This document shows positions 40,548-52,800 of a stretch of DNA of 64,000 nt, one piece after another. The position numbers were made by a program, and so were the translations under genes. Within the stretch, counting starts at the first letter, position 1; every line of letters starts with the position of its first letter. Source of the stretch: a virus; IMG/VR virus record IMGVR_UViG_3300045988_135589, positions 1 to 64,000 of that record; one strand, given 5' to 3'. A model generated the notes under the pieces. That model made no database searches and was not told where the DNA came from. It saw nothing but the letters and a program-made list of their open reading frames with translations.

Positions 40548-41289
40548 AAATCAATAATTTAAAATACCGTTTTTACCAATTGACCTATGTTGAACTTATA
40601 TAATAATCTCATAATTTTTAATACATTAAATGCTATTTACAAAACCATACATCTAAGATACATATCACATTTGTATTACAAAATATAATTAATTATTTTT
40701 AATGTTATTTTACATTATAACCTGTCCCCTCCTAATCCTGAATTGATGCTAACGTACTTAACACGGACATCATTTCCACGTCCAAGCTGACCCCAGCCGG
40801 GCGATGGCGTTCCCTTGGCCGGAGCGGGGACAGCCCTAAGCCGAGACCAGTCCTGCTTTTGCCTCATGGCTTCAGCCTCTTTGTAATACCGGTTACACAG
40901 TTCTTGATCTTCGTAACCAACGTAATCTTCCTTATTTTCCATAAAAAATACTTTTTCAACAAAAGTACGACATTCATGAATTAATTAGATTTAAAATAAA
41001 ACAATATGAATTAAAATAAAAACCCGATACGTTAAAATCGCATCGGGCCTGGTTTTGAAAAAAAATAGGTTCATATCCTTGGTAAAGATTCGAGCCAATT
41101 TTTAACATCTTTATATTTAGGGTCTTTATCTATTCTATCTTTCAGTTCATGCAATGCCGTGTCCATAACCGTATTCGGTACGCCAATCAACTCTCCTATT
41201 AAATACAATGGGGTTTTATTCGATTTAGATTCGTGTGCTATATTCATATACAAAAAAAAGTTATGTGAAACAAACCGGCCACGGGTATT

Positions 41290-41706
41290 CTATTGCCCGC
41301 CGACCGGTATAACATTTTTATTCTTTTTTTTCCAAACGGGAAAAACGGGAATGCGGGAATCATATTTTTTACTATGGCTCCCGCACCACCGGAAGGGCCT
41401 GGGTCTGGATCTCAGGTCAGATCCTTCCAGTTTATTTTTTTCGCCGAGGTAATCTTGCACGGCAAGCCATCTTATAAAGGCTACTCCTTCGGGAGCATCC
41501 GGATCATCCAAATACATTAACGTAGCTTTCACCAACTCGTTCTCACATTTGAAGACCTTCGGAAAACCATCCGAATAGTACATTGCAAAGACATATTGGA
41601 CATCGCCCCATGTCGCTTTATCCGGCTTCTTCGCTCCGCACTTTCCAAAAATATCTTTTATTTCCGGCTGCTTCCAGATCCTCTTGGATCCATCGACGTT
41701 GACCAT
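41290..41706 (-). CDS. hypothetical protein (138 aa)
   Basis: ORF containing a GC-rich local patch. Confidence 0.45.
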   Translation of the reverse strand: MVNVDGSKRIWKQPEIKDIFGKCGAKKPDKATWGDVQYVFAMYYSDGFPKVFKCENELVKATLMYLDDPDAPEGVAFIRWLAVQDYLGEKNKLEGSDLRSRPRPFRWCGSHSKKYDSRIPVFPVWKKKNKNVIPVGGQ

Positions 41707-41799
41707 CTTCTTTACCGCCTCATCAGCGAGAGCATTAGAAAAATGGTAGCCGTAAGTATCTACATATTTCTGATAAGCTGGATCCTCTGCGTCTGCTCC

Positions 41800-42168
41800 T
41801 CAATAAGAACGACCTCTGCCACGTCCGCGACCTCTACGCATCTGAGGTCCGTCACCGTAGTATCTGTCGTCTCCATAGTAATCGGTCGGGTAGGATTCGT
41901 AACCCATCCTCCGGTATTCCCGGTCCTCCATTTCATGACGACGTTCGCGCTCTTCAAGCCTTCTTTCCCTTTCTTCCAGCTCGTTTTCGCGTTCTTCCAT
42001 TTCCTTCATCTTCTCATGCATACCGTAATGGTCATAAATACCACCACCGTACCCCATGTACGTCCCATCAGAACGCCGGCTTCTGCCTCTGCCTCCACCT
42101 CGTCTGTCTTCTATCTCGTCATATCCAGGATATTCTCTGTGTCCTGAATTTAAATCATATACTATCAT
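41800..42168 (-). CDS. RG/RGG- and ER-repeat low-complexity protein (122 aa)
   Basis: Repeats include RRGGGRGRSRR, ERENELEERERRLEERERR and a C-terminal RRGRGRGRGRSY. Coding status is uncertain because a low-complexity ORF is also present on the other strand. Confidence 0.4.
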   Translation of the reverse strand: MIVYDLNSGHREYPGYDEIEDRRGGGRGRSRRSDGTYMGYGGGIYDHYGMHEKMKEMEERENELEERERRLEERERRHEMEDREYRRMGYESYPTDYYGDDRYYGDGPQMRRGRGRGRGRSY

Positions 42169-42524
42169 ATTATACTTATTTCAAACGTTCTACAATTAAC
42201 TTCTTTAAATCTTCGAATGTTACCGAAGCCGCGTCCACCCCACAGCCAGAACAAAACAATTATCCAGAGCCACCAACCGTTAGCCCCACCGAAACCGTCC
42301 TGGTTGTTACGACCGTTCATCAAAGCCGCCACCAGATTCGGATCCATTTTATTACCACCTATCAAATTAGCAAACATGCCGGGAATCATTGAAAGAAGAC
42401 CGTTAGTGGCTGCACCACCACCGTTAGCCCCGGCTCCATCTAAAAGGACGATTTTATCACCACCCATAATTTTATAGTATTTAATTGTTAAACATATGTG
42501 CATGAAGCACGTAACAAAGATCAT
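42165..42524 (-). CDS. Gly-rich small membrane protein (119 aa; real start may be internal, MGGDK...)
   Basis: Gly/Ala/Asn-rich region followed by a Trp/Leu-rich TM segment (WWLWIIVLFWLWGG). Confidence 0.4.
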   Translation of the reverse strand: MIFVTCFMHICLTIKYYKIMGGDKIVLLDGAGANGGGAATNGLLSMIPGMFANLIGGNKMDPNLVAALMNGRNNQDGFGGANGWWLWIIVLFWLWGGRGFGNIRRFKEVNCRTFEISII

Positions 42525-42649
42525 GATTGCAGGGTGGAATATGGGTGTGTTTATTTCCTATAGAAGAGAAGTATTTTCAGAAAAATAAGAAGAGATGAGT
42601 AAATATCACCATAGACTCATCTCTTAATCACTTTTTATTGTAATAAAAT

Positions 42650-43303
42650 TCAAGCCATGTCACACAACTTGAATTTATATTTATCAATTATATCATTCAA
42701 ATCGCAATCTGATAAGTTGAACCATTCTCTGTATATCCCTTTGATATCAAATCTTGCATGAAGCTCGCTCTCTATATCTTTATTCACATAAGCTATTAAT
42801 GTTAAGTTATCTTCTACAATAGACAACCCAGATAGCCTTCTTTTTACATCAGAGCTTTTACCTATTTTATAAAAACCATTATTATTATTTCTTATTATAT
42901 ATGTAAAATATTTTATACATTTTTTATTATACCTATCGATAGATCTATGTATTATATCTAATACCCGATCGTCATTTTTAATATTACAACAATCAAATAT
43001 ATCATAAATAAAATCTTTAAATAAAGATCTATCACACTTCATATAGATGATACACAGAATCGATTTGGGGAATAAATAATAGTCATGCCTAAATACATGA
43101 CTATTATTATCTATTATTTGTTCTCCATTATTATCATATCTATATGATATATAATCTATTCCATCCTTAAAATTAAAAGATGATATTACATCCTTAATCC
43201 AATGTTTAAAATCATACTTACATTCTAACAATTTATGAACATGTTTTGCGTCAATCATTTTTCTGTCGTTTATTAACACAAAAGGAATACAAGTATTATC
43301 CAT
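42650..43303 (-). CDS. KilA-N/Bro-N-like + T5orf172 (GIY-YIG-like) domain protein, 217 aa
   Basis: The C-terminal block GFYKIGKSSDVKRRLSGL...ELHARF...REWF fits the T5orf172 pattern. The N-terminus IPFVLINDRKMIDAKHVHKLLE is KilA/Bro-like. The gene is extremely AT-rich. Confidence 0.55.
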   Translation of the reverse strand: MDNTCIPFVLINDRKMIDAKHVHKLLECKYDFKHWIKDVISSFNFKDGIDYISYRYDNNGEQIIDNNSHVFRHDYYLFPKSILCIIYMKCDRSLFKDFIYDIFDCCNIKNDDRVLDIIHRSIDRYNKKCIKYFTYIIRNNNNGFYKIGKSSDVKRRLSGLSIVEDNLTLIAYVNKDIESELHARFDIKGIYREWFNLSDCDLNDIIDKYKFKLCDMA

Positions 43304-44010
43304 AATAAAAAAAATAGGCCCAAAAGAGAATGTCAGATCCCACTATGACAAACCCTAATGAGCCAAAAATATCTTTCAACATCAAACAACCAGAGGTGGG
43401 ATCTCGTTGTTCATTGTTTCTGGAACAAAGATAGGAACAGGATTTTAAATAACAAATATTTTAATACTTTTTAAAACAAACCAGGGCCCGCATCACTGCG
43501 AACCCTGATCTACACTAATCTAAACTAATACCATGAAAAACTTAAATCTAAAAACTAAAGAACACACAAATGTATGAAAATGTATGGTTTTCACAAAGAA
43601 TCTGTATCCTGTTCTTTTGTGTGATTCAAGACATGGGATATAGTTCAGATACTTAATCCGGTTTGATTTTGTATCAGATTATAAATATAGGATTTTGAAA
43701 CTACAGTTCTTAATTGACCTAAATCATTCATAATGTTTTTATACATAAGATGAATACTGTTGTTACGTTTGATGGTACTGATTCTCATTTCCTACTATTA
43801 TTAGTTACGTTCGGTTCTTACTTTTTCCTTATTTCCATAATCCCTTCCTGAAACTAATATTGCAAACTTAACAAAAATAATTCATAAACAATGAAAATCT
43901 AACTTTTCTTGTATGTTATTGATATACGTGCATATATAAGAAAAGTGAGACTTTCACAAGCCCCACTTCCCAAATTGTAATTATAAAAAAACTATATATG
44001 TGTACAAAAA

Positions 44011-46266
44011 TTATTTGCATTCTAATTTGTTAAGATCATCCAATTCAGACTTGCTTACGATCATATCTTGCGTCAAGCCAGATTTGTTTTGGTATGGAGC
44101 GTAATCGGTTTCTACCGTCTTAGCCTTCTGAGTAGAATCGTATTTCACCTCCGATTCGGTTCCTGTTAGATTTTGGTAGATAGAGCCGGAACTACTTTCG
44201 CCAACTTTAGTGAACACCATGTCTCCTATTCTGATAAAATTATCATACAAACCTTCTACGATAACATTATCATCCTGCTTAGTTATGTTATGATCCCGAA
44301 CCTCATTTAAGAGATTAGGATGTTTCGTAAAAAGATCGTGATAGAAATCAGAACCGGCATATAACATATCATAATAATCCAAATAGAACAGATCTGTAAA
44401 AGAAGGATCGGTGCTGCTCATGCTATACTCAAATAACTGCTCACGATCATTACCTGCCAAAGATAGTTCAATTTGTTTTAACGTATCCGGATCTGAAACG
44501 GTAAGACCCAGTAAATGATCTGGTTTAAAGTCAAGATACTTGTATGCCCCTTCGTACACTTCCGTATTATGAAGCTTATTTTCAAGATAAGATTGGTATA
44601 AATCGAATAAGAGTAAAGGATTCTCTTTGTCCTGCTTTCTGTTTATGTATCGGCTAAACTCCCGTTCTTCATTAACATACGGGCTTCCGGGAACAATAGG
44701 ATGACCGAATGCCAATCTGGTAGCATTCATCTCTTCCGTATTCTGAGAATCGGTATAAGACAGGACGTATTTTTTAATAGAATCAGCAAGGACCTTACTA
44801 TCTACGTTTTTCACGAGGAGCTTATCTAAAACACCATCCTTAAAACAATATTCAGGATAGATACCAGGCGGGAAATAAGTTAGATTCCGCTTGGCAAGTA
44901 TGGCAGCCACATCGTGCAAATCACTTAAATTATCTCTTTTTACCTTATGATATAGGTTTCCACCAAGATAAAGCAGGGAATGATTTTCAAATGCCGATAC
45001 TGGATCTATGTCAGATTCCATATAAACGATATTCATCTTATCCATATACTCTGGCAGAAACATGACACGACGATCATGGCTATCTCCAAGAACGTCATCG
45101 ATAGCAGAAGCTAAGGTAGGAGCATAAGTGTCATCGTTGTGCCTTGCTGCATAAATATCAAGATCCAACATCAAGCTATCAATTTTATTCAGCGATTCTT
45201 CTGTTCCGTCATACGCCTTAGACACGCCTACGATATCTATACCAAGACCTATACAAGCCTCTTCTACGTCCCATATCATACTTCTAAGGTCTTCTTCTGT
45301 ATCAGCATTAACCCTGTTTAGAAAGGCTGATATACGGGCTCGTAATGACTCAGATCCAATAGGGCTGTAATAAGCATAATCTTGCAACTTTGACAATGAC
45401 CGCCTTTTCCCTTCTACGATATTATTATCTTCTAAAGTTACAACCGGAACGATGTTCATATTCGAAAATTCGTTGAACAGCGACAAGGCAAAACTCTTAT
45501 CCGACTGATATCTTTCAACTAACTCCGGATATGAATCAGATAAAGATCCGAAAGCAGAATCAAACTCTGAAGCAACACTAATACCTCCTACTGTATTTTT
45601 TATAGCCTCATAAACTTCAGCCGGATTATATGATGCTCTCTTTCCTAATTTATTGAAGACGCCATTTTTATACACAACAGGACCGTATGGTTTTTCTACG
45701 GTCGTGAAGTAAGACTCTTTCCCGAGATCGTGTTCGTTATTGGAATAATCTAATAATAACCTCATAAAAGAGCTGACCTCATTAAGTACAGAAGGATTAT
45801 CTAATATCCTACTTATCTCTGTCTCATTGTACAAGCCGGATCTCCTTAGATTTTCTTCATTTAGGATAAGATTACCATCCACATAAAAAGAGCTTCTAAC
45901 TCTATTAATAAGAGATCGTATGCTATATATGGAATTGGATATCATAACATCTCTTACATCCTTAACATCCTGAGCCGTTAAGGGATCGGAAAAATAAGCC
46001 TGACGCTTCATATACGACAGCACATCTTCTAAAAGAGGTTCGCCATTAGGATCGGTATTAAACATCTCCCCTGGAGCCGGGTTATTCCAATGACCATAAT
46101 ACGACAAAAAATCAGAGGTGTAAGCCTTAGCCCATACTTGAAGAGCTCGCTCGCTGTTTCCTAATAATTTTAAGGCACTTTCGTAAAGAACGGAAGGCTC
46201 ACCGTTAGGAGCCTCAACCCGTTCTATTTTATTTTCCTTTTTTTCTATCTGACATTTGACACTCAT
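44011..46266 (-). CDS. virion structural protein, function unassigned (751 aa)
   Basis: Long ORF in the structural block. Confidence 0.7.
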   Translation of the reverse strand: MSVKCQIEKKENKIERVEAPNGEPSVLYESALKLLGNSERALQVWAKAYTSDFLSYYGHWNNPAPGEMFNTDPNGEPLLEDVLSYMKRQAYFSDPLTAQDVKDVRDVMISNSIYSIRSLINRVRSSFYVDGNLILNEENLRRSGLYNETEISRILDNPSVLNEVSSFMRLLLDYSNNEHDLGKESYFTTVEKPYGPVVYKNGVFNKLGKRASYNPAEVYEAIKNTVGGISVASEFDSAFGSLSDSYPELVERYQSDKSFALSLFNEFSNMNIVPVVTLEDNNIVEGKRRSLSKLQDYAYYSPIGSESLRARISAFLNRVNADTEEDLRSMIWDVEEACIGLGIDIVGVSKAYDGTEESLNKIDSLMLDLDIYAARHNDDTYAPTLASAIDDVLGDSHDRRVMFLPEYMDKMNIVYMESDIDPVSAFENHSLLYLGGNLYHKVKRDNLSDLHDVAAILAKRNLTYFPPGIYPEYCFKDGVLDKLLVKNVDSKVLADSIKKYVLSYTDSQNTEEMNATRLAFGHPIVPGSPYVNEEREFSRYINRKQDKENPLLLFDLYQSYLENKLHNTEVYEGAYKYLDFKPDHLLGLTVSDPDTLKQIELSLAGNDREQLFEYSMSSTDPSFTDLFYLDYYDMLYAGSDFYHDLFTKHPNLLNEVRDHNITKQDDNVIVEGLYDNFIRIGDMVFTKVGESSSGSIYQNLTGTESEVKYDSTQKAKTVETDYAPYQNKSGLTQDMIVSKSELDDLNKLECK

Positions 46267-46292
46267 TGTAATTAACTTTTTTGCAAAGTTAA

Positions 46293-46832
46293 TTATAAAA
46301 CCGACTTATACAATGACGGATCCCAAATTCCTTCTATATAAATCTCCGGAAAACTCAAACTGCCATCACGAAGAGTGGTGACTTCCAAGCTGGGAATGTT
46401 GAAAACAGTACTGGTATCACAAAACTCACCATTCAACTTGATAGCATTTCCGCTGTTATTAGCCTCATAATAAAAATAACAATAATTTTCATTAATGCTT
46501 GGATCATATTCGTACCAATATGTTAGATCTTGTATATGATCTTCTATGTTACCAATTTTGTTTTCACCTAATATAAAAATACCATTATTGCTATGATTAT
46601 AAACCATAGATTCATAACCACCATAATTCCAATCACTATTAAACATTATGTAACTAACATCAGAATCATGATCTTTTAATACAGGTCCTATATGTATATG
46701 AATTTTATTAAACTGACATACATAAGGTCTTTTTCCTCCAAGCCTTTTTATATCTTCATTGGATAACTTATTATAACATCCTCCCGCAAAATTATCCGCA
46801 GCATTAAAAAATCTCCTTCTCATACTTAACAC
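46293..46832 (-). CDS. MRRRF-family small protein, paralog 3 (179 aa)
   Basis: It starts MLSMRRRFFNAA. It sits immediately downstream of the 2110-aa gene with an overlap. The other two paralogs are arranged the same way after the 2140-aa gene. Confidence 0.55.
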   Translation of the reverse strand: MLSMRRRFFNAADNFAGGCYNKLSNEDIKRLGGKRPYVCQFNKIHIHIGPVLKDHDSDVSYIMFNSDWNYGGYESMVYNHSNNGIFILGENKIGNIEDHIQDLTYWYEYDPSINENYCYFYYEANNSGNAIKLNGEFCDTSTVFNIPSLEVTTLRDGSLSFPEIYIEGIWDPSLYKSVL

Positions 46833-49800
46833 TCCTTATTTAACTCATTTATAGAATCTGAATTATCAGAATTTTTTACGAGATTCTTATTCCTATCTAT
46901 CTCTTCCTGGCTCATATTACTCATCATATTTTGTATTTTCCTACCAGATTGAGATAAAGAACGGATGAATGCGCTGGAACTTATCTTAACTTCAAGATCC
47001 GGTTTTGCCCTAAACGCTTCACCGGTACTGATATTATACAAATCATACACACCTGAGTTCATATAGAATTTATATATCCAGTTTCCACCAGCTTTTTTGT
47101 ACCCTAATTTGGTTAACTCGACTACACTCATACCAAATTTAATGCCATTACGACCCATTATCTTCTCCGGTATAGGTTCTACCTTAGCCGGAACAGATGT
47201 ATATGCTTCATCGCCGCCGTACAGGAAATAAGGAGATGTTACCCTTGATATGTGAGTAAGCGACTCTTCGGATATACGAGGTTCGTCTTTTTCTATTTCT
47301 CCTTTTGTAGATCCAGGTAATTCGACATTTCCTTCAACTTCGACATTTGTTCTGGATTGTCCTTTGCCTTCTCCATCTCCCTTTTTATCGCCATCTTCCT
47401 CAGTGCGTACTGCACCGCCTTCTGCACTTCCTTCTTTTCCATCATTTAAAATATTATCTGATTCTGACTCTATAGACTCCACAACAGCATCATACTCTGG
47501 TATGCCGCTAAGGAAATCTGCTACGTTATTCAAAAACTCTATTTTTTCCTCGTTTGTCATATCAAGGCTTTCCACGGGCCTCCATATGGCAGGCAAGTTG
47601 TTTGATTTTATTGCAGTAGAAACATCTTCTACAGTTTTATTATCCACCGTAGGCAAAACTTTAGAAACCAAACTATTGATATCAGATTCCATTTTTTCTA
47701 CTTCCTCTTTTGTGCCATATTCCTTTAGGGTGTCCATGCCATTGACTCTAAGAGAATAATTCAAAGCCTTACTTGGAACAAAATTAATATATTTCAAAAA
47801 GTTTTTCAACTCTGATATAATTTGTTCGTCAGATCTTGGCCCAACATAATCAACCACCACCTGATCTGTTTGAGAACGAAGCCAAGAAACGTATTCATCT
47901 AAGGTCTTACCACCTTTCTTGGAAGGAGTGGATATCTTATCACCTACTGTTCCTTTAGGTTCTAATCCCATTTCCTCCTTAAGACTTTTAGGATTACCCC
48001 TCTCACGAAGAAACCTTAAGTCGCCTCCTACAATCTTCCTTGCTATAAAATCAAAAATATTAGCATAAGGCGGCAATCCTTCTTTTTCTATATGAGATTC
48101 TATTTCGTTTAACATAAGAGAGAAGTTTTTCCTGGAGGTACGCTTCTTGCCAGGTAAAGACTGTGCAGCTTGTGCCGCAGGAGCCGGCTGAGCTAATGGC
48201 GCCGGCTGAGTCTCCCGGGCAGCCCCTTCCTCTGGCATTTCCTCTTCATAAACATCCACGTATTCTTTAGAAGTAACGGTCTTACCCTCATCAGAGAAAG
48301 GAAGATCATCCTCTATAAGCGATTTAGGTCTGGAAGATGATTTGCCAAACTGAATCCTGATCTTAGGAGCGACAAACATCTCACCTTCGAAATCTATTCC
48401 AGATTCTACTTCAGACGTCACAATGTCTTTCACGCTCCTACTTCCATCTTCTACCCACTTAACAACATCAGGAACTGTAGATAATTTTTCTATAGCCTCA
48501 CGAGCTTTTCTAAGCCCTGAAATAGGATTCAAATACGATACTTGATACGAAGCCGGATCAAGACCTAACTTGGTTAGATACGCATTAAGATCTTGTATAT
48601 CATCCTGACCCATCTGTAGCAATTCAGAATCACCGGATTCAAGCAGCATATCTATAAAAGACATCCATTTCTGCCCTTCCTCTGATTCCACAGAACGTAG
48701 GCTAACTGGGAAAAGATAATTAAGACCGTTTTTACCTTTGATGACAACTACCGGAACTCTTACATTTTTGTAATTATTCCCCTTGTCATTTAATATAGAA
48801 TAAGCAAATGGGAAGCCTGTGTATTTAGATCCGTTCTTAAGCACGACTTTGCCATTTAATACATATCCTACATCAGATACTTTTTCAGCACCTTTTTCGG
48901 TAATAGGGAGATTTTCTACCTGGCCATATCCTTGACCGTTTACCTTCATGTTAAACACCGGTCTTCCGGGAAGAGTCTGGGCAACAACATGCGTGCCGAC
49001 GCCGATGGTAGCCGACCGGCCGGCGCCCTTCTTCCACTTGTTAAAAGCCGTTCTTCTTATTTTACTTATACCATCTATGCCTCCTGTATCAGCTTTTACA
49101 ACAGAAACGAATCTGTTCCCACTCATGACCTTGATAACCATATTGGACACCAGTTTATTCTCAGCAGATTCTATTCTTTTTTTATCGCCGGACTGAACAG
49201 CATCATTGTATTCGGCAAAAAGAGACTGATTATAGGTATCATTTACATCTATTTCGAGATTAACCTTATCTCCTTTTTTCAAAGAAGATAATGCTTCCTG
49301 ATCTATTTTATCTACCTCATTCTCTCCGAATCCGACACCTGTTCTGTACGGAACCAATTCATCTGAATCAAGACGCTTATAAACCAAAGAATAGGAATTA
49401 CCCACGTCCTGAATAGACACGTCTGTGTAACGGTTAAGAACACGAGCCGATTCTTTGTCTATAGACCATCTCGCATGATAAGGCAGTTCAATTATAGTAG
49501 CCGTTTCACCACCTATGTTAAGAGAATACCTTTTAGTGCCATTAGCGTTCGTTTCAGAGCTTATTTGAATAGGAACCAATGATTTTATGGAAGATATAAA
49601 TTTATCGGCTCTAAGACCCGCAATTTCATACCTTTCATTGCCATCATTAGAGATTCTTCTAACCATCAACGTCTCTGGATTCTGGGCGCTATCTATATTG
49701 GCTCCCGGCGTATTATCAGATTCGTCTAATTCATTTACAAGAGAATCTATATTAGCATCATCCTCCCCGAAATTACTTAACGTAGATTCGGAAATACGAC

Positions 49801-52800
49801 CTTTATCAATAATCCTGTTTTGTTCGGCATAAGGAAGGAGATCTGTGATGTTTCCAACCTGGCCAAGATCTTCTATGGTAAATACCGAATCGGCAAGCTT
49901 ATCTTCGTCAACCTTCTCCCCTTTATCCCGTCTGTTCATTATATCAACATACGAAGAAATAGCATCATCAAGTTCCTTCCTTTGATCTGGTTCTAAATTG
50001 GATTTAGCCATATCAATAATAGCTTTATTATCCTCATACACAGATCTCGGACTTGTAAGCCTATCAGCCTTCTCAGATAATGATTTTATGAGATTAACAG
50101 GACCGTCACCCAAAGATGATACATAATCATCAAAATCTTGTTTGTATTTATCATACACATCTTTTTCTCTCGCAGTAAGAGGATCGGCATTGCCTGTATA
50201 TAGTTTATCAATTATAGACTGCCTTACGGCCGGAACCATAATAGGATTATCCATAGCAGCCTCATAATCTTCATCCGATACAGACTCCGTAAGCGGTGAC
50301 TCTTTTATATCATCTTCTGCTTCCCTCATCCTATCTTCCCTTACTTTATCAAGAGCATGCATAAAAGCCTTGATAGTCCAAGCTTCGTCTTCCGAAATCT
50401 TACCTTCTGACATAGCCTGATCTACCACCTCGTCAGTATCATATTCACCAACTTTATTAGGCTCTGCAAAATCAGGAACCTTGTCATCCTCCTTATAAGG
50501 AGTAGACCATAAAGAAGACAACGCTTTTAAAAATCCTCTGTTTTCCTCGGCTAAGAATCTTTTATCAAGCATCTTAGACAAGAAGTTATTCATATTCCTA
50601 TAGTCTATCAAACTCCTACGGTATTCATTTACCAAGGATCTCATGGCTTTATCTTTAGCTGTAAACTCCTTTTCTTGTCTTGATTTTACATTGAAATAAT
50701 CATCAAAAGCCACGAGCGTATCATAAGCCTCTATTACATCTTGTGAGCTTATAGGAGAAAGAGGTGATGATAAAACAGATTCGGTTTTACTTACCAACTC
50801 TTCTATCGAAAACTCTTTTCCTATTAACGTTGATAACTCAGACAACGAATTATTGTAATTGGTTCTAAGATCTTCCAATTCTTTGGTTTTTCGTTGTATA
50901 GATTCAGCTTGTGGGTCTTTTCCATCTACGTTACGAGGACGGGTGGCAAGATCTTCTATTTCGGATTCAAGTTCTTCTATCCTTGATTGTATGCCACGGA
51001 TAGCCATCGCCCGCTCCCTCGCTCTGTCCGACAGCCGGGAGAACGTACTTAGCGCATCTGCCACGCGAGGCTGTCCCGAAAGCGTTTCTATGACAGAAGC
51101 TATGTCTTTCATCCTTGATTCTGATTGAAGACCAAGGAAGGCATTACGAGCCACGTATTTCCTAAATTCAATCTTAGAGTCATCACCTATAAGATCTTCA
51201 GCAAAACTCTGAGCAGATCTGAAATCAGAAAGACGATTATTATAATTATCAATAATAGAGTCCTTGTACTTCTTTGCCTCTTCCAAAGACATTCCGTTGG
51301 CTTCGGCTATTTCCGAAATAGGCATCATATCAACCATCTGCCTGAAATTTTCAGCCGAATCCTCTAAGGTTCCCATTTGGTTGTCAATCGACATCTTTTC
51401 AAACATTGCATCATCAAGCTCCTTGCCGGTCATAGACTGAGCATCGGAACGAACTTGAGGCCCTAAACTCATTGACTTTTTCAACGTATTCAAAGCCGCC
51501 GTATTAAGATTAGAAGATGCTTTGTTATATTCATTTACTTGCCTTTCCAGCAATATCTGATTATTACTATACTCTTTCACTCCAAAGAAGCCTTCCCTCA
51601 TACCAAACAAAGAACCGATAATAGCACCGATTCCTATTTCAGTCCATCCTTCTTTAGACGTATATTGTTTTTTAAATCCTTCAGAAATAGCATCAAGAAC
51701 ATCAACGGCCCCGTTCATAGCAACATTGTCATATCTTGACTTAACATATTCCTCAGCCGTATTCTGGACAGCACCTTGAGATCCTTCTTCCCATAATCCT
51801 TCAGATACCGGTCTTTTCATGATATTGAAAACATTGCCTGCTATCTTCTGTCCTATATTGGGATTGGTTATTTTAATAGCCATCTCTCCCGGCTTCGCAA
51901 CTTCCGTCCCTAATCCAAATAAATGCTTGTTGAGCTTCTTTTCCAAACCAGGTATAGCCTTGCCTCCTAACCCTATATACTTACCAAAAAGAAGCCAGTT
52001 GGATAATCCTACTATACCCATATTGGCGGCAAATATAGCACTACCTACATCAGCATTAGAATTACGAAAAACAGCCATTTCCTCTGCATTGGGATCACGA
52101 CCATAAATCTTACGATAATAATCCTTGAAATCAGACTCGGATTGCTTCATAAAAGAATTTGCTTCAACCGATGACTCGAATCCGGCACTGGTAGCCAGCA
52201 ACGTCATGGTCTTAGCCGCCTCCCCTACATTTCTTCCGGTGGCAACTCCTTTTCTTACATAGTCGTTAAACACGCTTTTAAGGTTTCCTATGCCCCTATT
52301 GGCAGCTTGCCTTGCTGCCAACTTAGCTCCGATTCTTCCACCTAATTTAGCGCCTATATTGCCCAATGATCCAACCCCAAGTCCTCCGGTCGTGTACGCT
52401 GATATCATGGCTCCTACGGTAAAAGACATACCATTACCAAGGACGTCATTCCATAAGAAATTACCGGTATCCTTAAAAAGCTTCTGACCGAAATTATAAT
52501 CTTCTACCTCTTTCTTGTAATAATGGGGAAGAAGCATGTCTATTTGCTGGTCAAGATCACCTACAAACTTATCCATGTTAGTGTTTAACGCAGCTTTGTA
52601 ACTTCCCTCAGATGCCATATTGATAAGTTTGTCAGGCAATGACACAACTCCTTGCGCACCGTACAATGCAGACTTTAAAGCGAATTTACCTACACCATTC
52701 CAAAACTTACTCCACCCGCTCTGTCTCCTGGCATAATAATCCTCATTATTTATACCCGGAATATAGTTGGGATATTTTGTACGCCATACCCCATCATTAC

